Source: Microbotryum violaceum
Lineage: Eukaryota
Assembly (NCBI GenBank): GCA_001244265.2
Contig: CDLV01000005.1
Location: 682,001 to 746,000, forward strand
Direction: 5' to 3'
DNA length: 64,000 bases
Under the pieces are notes generated by a model that saw only the letters and a list, made by a program, of their open reading frames with translations, was not told where the DNA came from and made no database searches. Numbering within the stretch: the first letter of the stretch is position 1; each line of letters begins with the position of its first letter. The position numbers and the translations under genes are program-made. Below, piece by piece: positions 52,468-63,239 of this stretch.

Positions 52468-53955
52468 TTAAACTGCTGGCATGAGTTCATCTTGACCCGC
52501 GGCGACTCGATCGACCCTCCCTTGCAACAGGGCCTGCACGGCCTTGCGCCTCATTCTCGTCGCAAAGTTGCCATTGAGATCACTCGGGGGTCCACGTGGT
52601 TGTCGACTTGCCGAAGCCGTCCCAGGAACGGCAGCGGGACGATTCGATCGGTATCCCCCCGAGAAAGGTGACGATGGCACTTGCGGCGATGAGCCGTTGA
52701 AGGAGGGCGACGAGGGTGTGTACGAAACGGGCGAAGGGGGAACGAAAGCCGCGGCAAAGGGGGAAAGACTCGGGGCGACGCTCACGACTTGGACCGAAGC
52801 GTCTTGTAATTCGACGGTCGAGGTAGGTGTCGAGGTGACGCGTTGACGACGACCCTTGAGAACCGACTCGAGTTTGCTGAGATGGGATGCTCGGGGTGGC
52901 GACGCGCCCGCCCCGCCTGAGCCGGGTCGGTCGAGGACGAGCTCAAAAACCTCGGGGTCGGACAACGTATTCAGTCCCTCCGCCGGAAGAGTGGGTACCT
53001 GTTCGAGTCGAGCTTTGATGGAGGGGCGTTGTTTGAAAGGCATCTCGGCCGTAGTCGGGCTCCCAGCGCGACTGCTCCCACCTTCCGAGCCCGAGGTATC
53101 GGGGAAAGGTTCTCCCGGTCGACTGAGGATAAACGCAGGTGGGTCGATAGGCATCGGTGGGGTCCGAATCAGAGAAGAAGCCGTTGACGAGGAGTTCATC
53201 GAAGACGATCGGCCATGTCGTTCCCACGTCGAGCTCGAATCGGTCGAGGGCGAGATCGAGGGGTCGGCATCGGTCGTCGATGAAGGTGGTGCCGCGACCC
53301 GAGAGGTTTGCTCCGATGAGACTGCTGCTTCAAGGTTGACGCTTTGCCGCTTGCGTCGAGCGAGCGCCGAGGCGACGAGAGGGTTGCTCATTGCGTTGAT
53401 CTCGTCGATCGCCGAAGGACCGGTGGTGTCGGACCTGGCGGACGGGGCCCGTTCAAGTGCAACGGCTTCTTTCGGGCTGACGATGCCAAAGCCGTTGAGC
53501 TGAGTCGTCCTCGGACGCGTCGCCTGAAACGTCTGAACCTGCGTGGCGCCAGAACCAAAGCTGTTGGGGTGTTGGGCGAGCTGACCAAGGGTCATGGCTT
53601 GGAACGCGGCTTCAGCCTCGTGACGCTGCGCGGCGAGGGCTTGCTGGTTCAGGAGCAAGAGCTGGCTTTGGTGCTGCAGTTGGGCTTGCAACTGGGCGAG
53701 GTACTGCGACTCGGGGGTATAGGCGATGGAGACATGTTGCTGTGGTGAACGCGGTGGCATCATGTTCATTTGGTTGTGGAAGACGTGGACATCCGACATG
53801 CGTGGTGAACGGGCCGAAGAGGGGTCACCACTGGCTGCAGAGAAGGTCCCTGCGGGTGCTGAGCCAGGGGCCGACCGATGTCGAACGCGCTGCTGCTGCT
53901 GTTGCTGACGTAGCTGTAGTTGCTGCATTTGCTGCTGCATTTGGTACACGTCCAT
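52468..53955 (-). CDS. Hypothetical Q/S/P-rich disordered protein
   Basis: 495-aa single-exon ORF preceded by a 5'UTR intron (54032-53966, GTGAGT...TGCAG). C-terminal RQPRGPP...NFATRMRRKA. Confidence 0.75.
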   Translation of the reverse strand: MDVYQMQQQMQQLQLRQQQQQQRVRHRSAPGSAPAGTFSAASGDPSSARSPRMSDVHVFHNQMNMMPPRSPQQHVSIAYTPESQYLAQLQAQLQHQSQLLLLNQQALAAQRHEAEAAFQAMTLGQLAQHPNSFGSGATQVQTFQATRPRTTQLNGFGIVSPKEAVALERAPSARSDTTGPSAIDEINAMSNPLVASALARRKRQSVNLEAAVSSEQTSRVAAPPSSTTDADPSISPSTDSSSTWERHGRSSSMNSSSTASSLIRTPPMPIDPPAFILSRPGEPFPDTSGSEGGSSRAGSPTTAEMPFKQRPSIKARLEQVPTLPAEGLNTLSDPEVFELVLDRPGSGGAGASPPRASHLSKLESVLKGRRQRVTSTPTSTVELQDASVQVVSVAPSLSPFAAAFVPPSPVSYTPSSPSFNGSSPQVPSSPFSGGYRSNRPAAVPGTASASRQPRGPPSDLNGNFATRMRRKAVQALLQGRVDRVAAGQDELMPAV

Positions 53956-55287
53956 GACGGTTTACTGCAGGCAAGGGAATAAGAGACATGAGCTCTACGT
54001 CGTGCTCCGCCATCTGGGACGTGGTGACTCACATTGCCTATAGACCGGTAATCGATGTCGCAGATATCGCAGAGTAGGACAAAAGCGGCACGAACGACGA
54101 CAGCGACGTTGGAAAGGATATGTTGATGCTGCGAGCCTATGATATGCAGTAACTCGTCGACCAGCGAACGAGCCCGGCGAGCGTGCAGCCAGTCGAGCTA
54201 ACTGAGCTGGAGCTTGAAGGCGGGCGCAGTGGACGACGAACGGGCGGGGGGACGGCGAAAGCAACGGCGGCGACGACAGGTCAACGCTAAGGCCAAGGGA
54301 CGAGCGGCGGCGCGGCGCGAGGCAACGGCGAAGAGGCGATCGGGGCACGTCCAGCGGCCTTTCATGTACGACACTATGTTAGGATGGGCTACTCCGTCCG
54401 CGATACGGCGCAGACCTGTACCTGAAACCTGCTCAGCCGACAAGAAGGGAGTGGCGACACAGGAGAGTCGCAGACAGAGAGGAGCGCCAGCGCCAGCTGC
54501 AAAGCGTATGCGCCTAAAAAGGCGTGTCGCGCACTGTCGCGCAAGTGCCGTCGCGTCGTTGTGATTCGCTGGCCATCGCGCGCGCGCGACCTCAATCAAG
54601 CGTGTCTCACCAGCATGTGGCACGGGTCCCCGTCTCTCAAGTCAGGGGTCATGTAAGATAAGCACCTTTCTATGCCAGGATACATGGGCCGTTCTTGACG
54701 GCTAGCTTAGATAGTTCGTAGTTAGAATTCGAGATGTCTAGCTCAGAGGCTGATCATAGCGCTCTTCTATACATGTGACGCATCCTGTAAGGTATGCGCC
54801 TCTGATGTGCATAAATTACAATCTGTCGTTCTTGACCACTAGACTAGAAGCAAGTCGTAACTGGAACTCGGCAGTTCTAGCTACTCAGAGGCTACTTATA
54901 GGGCTGTTCTGTAAGGCATCCCCTTACACGTCCCCCGGCGGCGGCCCTTCACTCTACTAGTACACCGCCGGCGCTTTCGCGACTCGGAGACAAGCCCAGG
55001 ATGATGCCACAGCGAAGCCAAGGTGTAACTTCTTCTTTCTATTGATAGACTAGGTTCGGCGGCGCGCTCCGCGCGCCACCTCACAGACATCGATGTTGAT
55101 GCGGTAGAGGCAGGGTTCGGCGAAGAACTGTGTGGGACCGGACCGGAACGCTCTCGCTCGAGCCGTCATCGTTGCTGGCCTTCAGACCTCCGAAACGTCG
55201 TGCAACTATCAGTATTCTTGCTGTTTCCCCCCAGAAGTCAGCATTCCATCAAGCAAGCGTCGACGATTTGTGCAGGCGATGACTTGG

Positions 55288-56246
55288 GAATAATGGGAAG
55301 GGATCTTGAGAAAACTTGTCCCTTGATGTTATAGTCCAACCGGTCAGTCAGTCATGCTGCCCTGCGCTTTGCTTTTGAAAGGTTGGCACACACCTGCCAA
55401 CACGACGGTTACTCCATCGAACTGAGCCGGGCCCCGATTCTCAACCGCACGAAGTCAAGCACCACCTCAACTTCTCCCCAGAAGTCAGAATTCCATGAAG
55501 CAAGCGTCGACGATTTATGCTGGCGATGACTTGGAATAACAGGAAGGCATTGCTTCGGATCCCCTGTGATGTTACAGTCCAACCGGTCAGTTAATCATGC
55601 TGTCCTGCGCTTTGCTTTTGAAAGATTGGCACATACTTGCCAACGGGATGGTCACCCCACCGAACTGAGCCGTGGAATAACGGGAAGGCATTGCTTCGGA
55701 ACCCCTGTGATGTTGCAGTCCAACCGATCATTAGTCATGCTGCCCTGCGCTTTGCTTTTGAAAGATTGGCACACACCTGCAAACACGACGGGCACTCCAC
55801 ACTCCACCGAACCGCGCCGTTGAGGATGACGGGAAGGCATTGTTTCGGATTCCCTGGGATTTTACAGTCCACCCGGTCAGTTAGTCATGCTACCCTGCGC
55901 TTTGCTTTTGAAAGATGGGCACATACCTGCCAACGGGATGGTCACCCCACCGAATCGAGCCGTGGAATAACGGGAAGGCATTGCTTCGGAACCCCTGTGA
56001 TGTTACCGGTCAGTTAGTCATGCTGCCCTGCGTTTTGCTTTTGAAAGATTGGCACACACCTGCCAACACGCCGGTCACGCCACCAAACCGAGCCGTTGAG
56101 GATGACGGGAAGGCATTGCTTCGGATCCCCTGTGATGTTACAGTCCAACCGGTCAGTTAGTCATGCTACCCTGCGTTTTGCTTTTGAAAGATTGGCACAT
56201 ACCTGTCAACACGACGGTCACTCCACCAAACCGAGCCGTTGAGGAT
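55288..56246 (-). repeat. Tandem array of six ~135-150-bp units, each an exon plus a spliceosomal-type intron on the minus strand
   Basis: Units share CTGCG(C/T)TTTGCTTTTGAAAG, and five of six begin with GGAAGGCATTG. The reverse complement gives GT(A/G)TGT...GACTAAC-like branch...CAG introns. Confidence 0.9.
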
Positions 56247-57530
56247 CTGCCACGGGACGATGAGCCGGAATTCACGGACCTGTTTTTCTGGCGTGATTCG
56301 TTACAACTATCAGTATTCTCGCTGTTGTCCATCTGTAGCAATGGCAGTGAAGACTCACATTTAGTGTCCCATGAACCCGGATTCTCAACCGTACGAAGTC
56401 AACCCTTCCGCTGTTTCACTGACGTTCAATGTCTGTTTTTCGTATCAGTTTGTCCGTCATATCTAAGACTGCACAGCCATGTCAAGGAATAACTCACGCA
56501 TGCAGTGTCACCAGCCGCCTGTGAAGAAACAACTCGAGGGTTGACATTCAAAGAGGACGTTTGAAGGAATTGCTGCTTGGAAGTTTTCCATTAGCTTCTG
56601 AACAATCCCACTCCAAGAGCACACTTCATGAAGTTACTTACTCGGATTCGTAGCTATGTTGCATGCGGCGGGCATTTCTTGATCCCGTAATCGTTGCAGA
56701 GCCTCCACAACGACCGCTTCGGATGTCGCAAGCTCGAGGTGGCGATGGGATGAGATGCGATGGGCAAGGTGTGAAGAGCAGTAGGGAGAAAGACGGAGGA
56801 GCCTGCGTCTCAGCTTAAACCGGGCTCATAGAATGTCGCGGAACGCCGTGGAGTGAAGCCCCGTGACACGCTGGCGGGCCCCTAACGGCGGAATTGGCGC
56901 ACTGGCCGACGCTACCCGAGGTCTGGAACCGCTTCAAGTGGACGAACGAATGTCAGGCTTGGAGGTAAAGAACTGCGGGCCCGTTGCACTTGCCGTGCGA
57001 CACTGAGGCTGCCTGCTGCCGGTGCAGGTTGAATTGACGAACCAGTTTGCGCGACGTCGTGTTGATCCGTTTCGCGCTGTTGCTTCTCGCGAAGGCGTTG
57101 TTGCCGCTGAGCTTCGGCGATTGTTCGAGGTTGCTGGCGGCGACGTCTGTGCGATTAGAGCGGGAGTCGGGAGGAGTCGGATTGCGCGGAGGAGGAGCAA
57201 CGCGAGCAGCTGCCGACGTCTCTGATGCCCTGCTGCTCTCCGTGAAGATTGTTGTACAGGAGACGGGATGTGAAAGCTTGCAGATGACTCTTCGGCAGTA
57301 GCAGAACTGGATGGTTGAAGGGACTACACTACGACGTGGCAAGCACGCAAAACAGGTCGTCTGGGAAGCAGTCATGTGCCAGGCCGCATTCACTCCAGGC
57401 CGCAAGGATGGGAAATGGAACCTCGGCGAAGGTAGTCGATGCTGAAACAGCGCTAGCTAACTGGGACGCGCTGGACCGAGAGCTGCCTATGACGTCACGC
57501 CACGTGGCTTGTCTCGTTCTAGACTGTTCT

Positions 57531-57655
57531 TTGTCTCGACGACGTTTTTTATTCTTTAAATTCTTTAAGTTTTAAGGATTGTCTCGACGACTTTTTTTAT
57601 TCTTTAAGTTTTAAAAATTCTTTAAGTTTTAAGGATTCTTCAAGTTTTAAGGATT
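57531..57655. repeat. AT-rich compound repeat (TTGTCTCGACGAC x2; TTCTTTAAGTTTTAA x4)
   Basis: Read directly; strongly AT-rich compared with its surroundings. Confidence 0.85.
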
Positions 57656-58007
57656 TCATTATAGCGTAATTGTTAGGGGCCGCTCAAGTACGACAGATTG
57701 TAATTATGCAAACCAGGCGCATACCTTAACTTACACTGCGGTCAGGCCAGTCGGGGGTCTCACCGACAGCTCCGTATGCACAAGCAAGACAGTACATCTC
57801 CCTTTATTTCTCTATGATCATTACACACGAGTCACATACCATTGCACCGCCGCAAAGAGACTTAGTCTAGCCACACTCAGCTCTCTTGGACCACAGCTGA
57901 GCACGATGATCTGTGCTGACTCAGCTAAAGATGAGGCTGGCGCACACGATCGACAGTGACATACAGTGATAAAGAGACTGTATAACAGGGCAAGTAAATT
58001 TTGACGA

Positions 58008-59583
58008 CTACGATCTCCTACTCTTGCCCAACCTCTTTGCACCGCCCTTGCTAGCCCCACCTCGACCCCCACCACGTCCACCACGTCCTCCACCTCGGCC
58101 TCCTCGCCCACCCCTCGGCCCCCTCTCGCCTCCATCACCATCGGCCTTGAAGTTGTTCTCCTTGGGTCGTCGCGAGCTGGTCGGGTTCCCGAACTTGTTA
58201 TCGCGGCCTCGTCGCGAGATCTTGCCTCCTCGGCCACCACGCCCACCTCGTTCGGACTCTACGACCTTGCGCTTTTTGGATGGGCCGGCGATGGCGTCCT
58301 CGAGGGCGATGTCGAAATCTTCGGTCGAAGCGAAGCCTTCCCCACCCTTGCGCCCTGTAGAGTCAAACGGAACAGGGTCAATGAAAGCTTTGCGGATTTC
58401 GAAAACCGAGAGCAAAACAGCTGACTCTTCTTGAGGCTGTCCAATCGTTTGCCGACCTCCTTCTTCTCCTTCTCCCTCTCCTTGAGCCTCTCGACTTGAA
58501 CCTTCTTGCCAAACTTCTTGGCATCGCGTAACTTGCGCGCATCCTCGGACGCCTTCATGCCCGCTTGTTCGTCGAGCAGCTTTTGACGCAGGTTCGCCAT
58601 GTGTGCGTCTGTCTTGATCATCTCGGCAAAGTAGTCCGCGGGGCGAAAAAAGGGAAGAGAGGCTTTATTGAAGCGCTTCTCGGCTTCCTGGGCGGCCCAA
58701 AGAGCTTGCTTGTAGCTGCGATTTGAATGGGAGAATGGGAGAATGGGACAAGGATGAGCGAACGGATGTAATCCGCGAGTGATAGACTCGTCGAACCAAG
58801 ACTCACAAGGCCAGTTCCCGTTCGAGATCGTTGTCAGCGTCGATCTCGGCAGATGACTTCGGGTTCGCAAGGGCCAAGGTGTCAAAGAAGGTCGTCGGCA
58901 GCTTAATGCTGGCCAGAATACGCTCGAGTGCGGCCTGAGAAGAAGCGAGCAGATACGGGTGAGCCAACGAAAGCACGGATCGGTCAGGGATAGGAGAGCA
59001 GGCTTGCATCGTTCCTGAGTGTTTCGCGCTCGACAGGGACGAGATCGGCATCATCGCCGACCTCTTCGTCATCGAGGTCTTCGTAGAGCCTTTCCTCGCC
59101 CTCGTCACTGTCTTCCTCGTCCTCTTCGTCGTCGTCGTCCTCGTCTTCGTCATCTTCCTCCCCCTCGATGGATTCGTCTCCCTCTTCCTCCTCATCGTCC
59201 TCGTCTCTTTCGACATCTAAACCCAGTTCAGCCGGGTCGACATCACCCAAAAGTTCCATCATCTTGTTCCATCCTTCTTCGGTGATATCATCCTCTTCCT
59301 GCTCGCTGTCATCTTCATTATCCTCGTCGTCGCTCTCGTCCTCGTCATCCTCCGAATCGAAAGCCAGAGCTGCATCCTCCTCGTCCTCGTCCTCGGTATC
59401 CTCATCCCCCTTATCACTTTCACTGTCCTCCTCATCACTTATGATCGGCTTCGGAGCCTTTGGGACCGGGCCCTTTTTCGAGGTGGTCGATTGGGACTTG
59501 TCCCCGTTCACTTTCGCGGCGGCGAGGGCGCGTCGTTGCAATCCCTGCGCGAGCATTTTCTTTTGCGTCGACTTGGACGACAT
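58008..59583 (-). CDS. EBP2: rRNA-processing protein Ebp2
   Basis: Acidic N-terminus; DNDLERELAFYKQAL; FFRPADYFAEMIKTDAHM; RDAKKFGKKVQVE; RDNKFG; KRLGKSRR. Confidence 0.95.
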
Positions 59584-59927
59584 GATGGGGTGAAGATGCT
59601 TTGCTCTGGAAATCGCTTGAGTCAAGGAAGTCGGTGAGCGCTGGCTGGGGTGGGGTGTGTGGGAGAGAGCTGCTACTGCACGACCCGCGCGGAGCTCAGT
59701 TACGGCCGATTCGAGCTTCGCAGCCTTCGATCAATTTGGGCGAGCCAAGGCTTGCGGCTGTGCTTGCGCCAACTTGCGCCAACTTGCGCTGGCCGTGCGA
59801 AGCAAGCGCAGAGCAGTGCAGCGCGCAGCCGCGAGTCTTCGACCGACACGATCGCCGGCGAAGATTGGCTCTGCCTCTGGTACTCATTCAGCACGTTTGC
59901 CTCCTCTTTCCACACACATTCCTCACC

Positions 59928-60759
59928 ATGGTTAGTCTACAGCCCTTCCACCAGTTCCGGACCAATGTACACGTTCAGGGGTAGTCCCAACTGACCCTCG
60001 CCACTCCCGCTTCACTGCTCGCTGCCTCATCCAACCTTGCTGCCAATCCGAATCTTACCACCATCCTACAGGCCAAATCACTCAAGTCTAAATCCAAACG
60101 AGCGTTCCGAGCCATCAAGCGAACGGACCCCAAGTACGATCTCGCAATTACTCTGTACCCAACACTTCCCGCGAGATCCATAACCTGACCTCTACTGGCT
60201 CGTCCCCCCACTCAGCTCCGTCTTCAAACAAGCCGACGACCTGCGCCTGCAGAGGCTCTCGGCCAAACTCAAAGCTTCGGCTCTGAAACCTCGGGAAAGG
60301 ACTGACAAGGAGGAATGGGAGAGGAAACAGGATGGGTATGAAACTGAGGAGGACGGCGAGGGCGAGCAAGCTACATCGAAGGATGCCAAGACTGAGGATA
60401 AGGCTGTTGGTCAGTTCGGGAATCCTTCCGGGGGAGGACATACCCAGCAGCCCTAATTGGTCTCAATTCTGACTTATCAGACGAGATGGCCGTCGATGGT
60501 GAGCAAGCCGAGACAAGCGAGCCCGCTACCAAGCAAAAGATTTCGACTTCGGGTCCGAGGATGACCCGCCGAGAGGTGTTTAGGACCGAGAAGAACTTTA
60601 TGGTAAATACAGGTAGTCTCTGTCTATCCTGTGACCTGACCCGTTATCTGATCTTGTGCCCTCGTCAACCTTTAGGTTCGACCGACACCCAAGACCGTGT
60701 TCCCGGCCCGAGGGGAGAAGAAGCGAACGGGGCTCGGTCGATCTCGTAGCAAGCGATGA
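59928..60759 (+). CDS. Small basic nucleolar protein, DUF2423/YBL028C (LLPH-like)
   Basis: ATG|intron|AKSLKSKSKRAFRAIKRTDP; DDLRLQRLSAKL; KISTSGPR; four introns; stop TGA at 60757-60759. Confidence 0.75.
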
Positions 60760-61468
60760 TCTCGCCTCTCGCCTCGCGTTCAATCACTAGTCTCGCCGTG
60801 AATGACACCTTGTTACGTTGTATACTGTCCTGTGTGTGTAATTGTGGTTTCCCCCTTCGCCCTCTTCATTGGCGTCTCGGCTCATCGGGACCACCGGATG
60901 ACGGCTAGTAGCAGTCGGACAACACTGGTTAATCATCAACTGAACCTCGACCGTGATACAGTTCGAGCCGCAAAGAGCAGCTTCTTGGTGATCATCTCGT
61001 AATGGAGGCAAGCTTCGGGTGCGACCCTTTTGCTAAGGTAAGGTCGAGCACAAGCGATTGCATCCCGACCTTGTCTACCGTCCAAACGTCTAATACGTAT
61101 CCCGTGACCTTGCCCGTACTTCAACTTGAAATGACATATGGGCGCAAAGTAAGTGCATTCCCAATCTCAATGACAGTAATAAAGAGTATGCTTCGTTCTC
61201 GAGGGAGCATACCAAAAAGTGTTGCGCTGCTCCAGAATTTAACTCGCAGTCTCGGACTATCTCGTCTCGATCAAGCTGTTTCAGGTCGGCGGCGGCTGGC
61301 GGCGCGTCGGGCCGGATTTCACGCGTTCCAGGTCTTGCTAGGCCTTACTCGCCCCACTTGCCTCGAGACTCCTCGCGTTAGCGAAGCGGCCAGAGCGACC
61401 TCCGTGTCCTTCACTTACAAAGGGCCTTTTGAGCCGTTCCCGTATCTTCTGAACATCAATTGACGACC

Positions 61469-62965
61469 ATGTCTCCCGGATCGACACCGTCTGCGAGCAG
61501 TACAAGTCGAGGCCCTCCGCGCCGACCCCCCAAGCTACCCTCGTCAGCCTTCGCACCCGCTCCCGTCGTGGCACGTCGAGCGTACCCTCAACGAATCCTC
61601 GACACCCACGTCCATCTCTGGACCACGGAGCAACTCGATCAAGGGAACATCAGCTGGCCGCCTACGTGTTCGAACGCATTGAATGATGGTGCGCATTCGT
61701 TGGAAGACGAGTATGCCCCGGCGGTGCTGAAAGGGGTCAAGATGGTTGAGCGACACGTCGAGGCCGTCGGATGCGTATATGTCCAAGCCGAGTACAAGCA
61801 TGACGATGCTGAGAAGGATGGATCGGGTGGTGGGTGGGACAGCAGTTGCGCCGAGGTGAAACAGTTGAGTTGCAAGCGAGGTCTCTTGTGTGGGGTCCGA
61901 GCGTGCGTCGCTGACCCGGGGTGTCTTACAGTGTCTGTGAATCATCAGCCAAGAGTGATGTCAAGGTGCTCGCTCTGTGCCCATGGGTGAACATTGGAAA
62001 CCGACAATTCTTCTGCTGTGATCCGAGCCTACCTGATCCGAAAACCTTGACTATAGGCACCCGTACATCTTGGCGCATCGGTCGTCGAGTCATACCTCCC
62101 CAAAATCACTTTGGCAGCATCATCAAATTCGATCCCCATCGCCTCGTTCCGCTACCTTCTCCAGGACTCACCGAAAGGCACTTACCTGACCCCTGACTTC
62201 ATCTCGGGTCTTCACCACCTCGGCTCGAAAGGGTACGCCTTTGACCATACGGTCGATTCGAGACGGGGCAAGTGGATGTTACAAGATTCGGTCGAGATGA
62301 TTTCGACGTTGAGATCCCAAGGTGGGACGACCAAGATCATCTTGGACCATTGTGGCAAACCCGATTTGGGGAGCTGGCCCCGGTCGTCGAATTCGTCTGG
62401 AGCTGATAATGTGGCGTCCAAGACCTCGCATGGTGACTGGTTGGAGTCGATCTATCAGTTGGCTTTATTCCCCGATGTCTATGTCAAGTTCTCGGGTCTG
62501 TTGGACCTCTGTCCGGCGGAGACCGTCGATCTCGCCGCGCGCGAATTCGAGCAGACACAACGTGATGCATCTTCGAGGCAGAGTGTAAAGGGAGGGGAGG
62601 ACGCGATGGACGAGCTCACGGCGAGGATCAAGAAAGTCGTAGAACCCATCTTGGAAGCTTTCGGTATCGAAAGGGTTATGATTGGGTCCGGTTAGTCATG
62701 TGTCACCGAGGTCGGAGGATCACCCTTTGAAGAAACTGACTCGACAGTCCTGGATCCAGACTGGCCCATGTTCCGAGCGTGTACGATCCCGACTCGGGAG
62801 AAAGACGCTCATGAAGGCAGGGACGTTGTTCAGGAAGCGTCGGCATGGGCTTTGGGGATGAAGTTGTGCCTCGACGTCTTGCTCGAATTGGGGTTGGATG
62901 GGCCGGCATTGGATCGAATTTTCGAGGGGACCGCAAGGGAGGTCTATGGGATCAGCAGTGCATGA
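61469..62965 (+). CDS. Amidohydrolase_2-family metal hydrolase (L-rhamnono/L-fucono-lactonase-like)
   Basis: ILDTHVHLW; CVYVQAE; FRYLLQD; IILDHCGKP; VYVKFSG; FGIERVMIGSDWP; RIFEGTAREVY. Confidence 0.85.
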
Positions 62966-63239
62966 ACGAGATGGAAGCGATCTGAATTGCTCCATAGGTA
63001 GTGTTTTACTTGGTGTACATATGCATCGTTCCACATTCCATTCAGGGAGAGCTAAAGTGTCGAAGAACAAGCTGCCCCAACTTGCCGAAAACTCGAGGAT
63101 AGACGAGCGGGGGCGCGTCGTGCAACTGGAGGCAACTGGTGAGGTGTCTCTCGCTCTACACCCCTGCTCTCACGCGCGCTCTCGCTCTCACTCGCGTCAT
63201 CCATTCACGCTCGCACGGCAACCTGTACATTGCGCAACA

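Noticed and set aside
54690-54965. Local excess of CTAG/TA words suggesting RIP-like mutation
   Set aside because: It cannot be established without aligned repeat copies.
55288-56246. CRISPR-like interpretation of the regularly spaced repeats
   Set aside because: The whole ~140-bp unit is repeated with no unique spacers, there are no cas genes, and the context is eukaryotic.
56934-57405. Short ORFs next to the array as possible transposase/gag remnants
   Set aside because: No DDE, RT, integrase or zinc-knuckle motif is visible.
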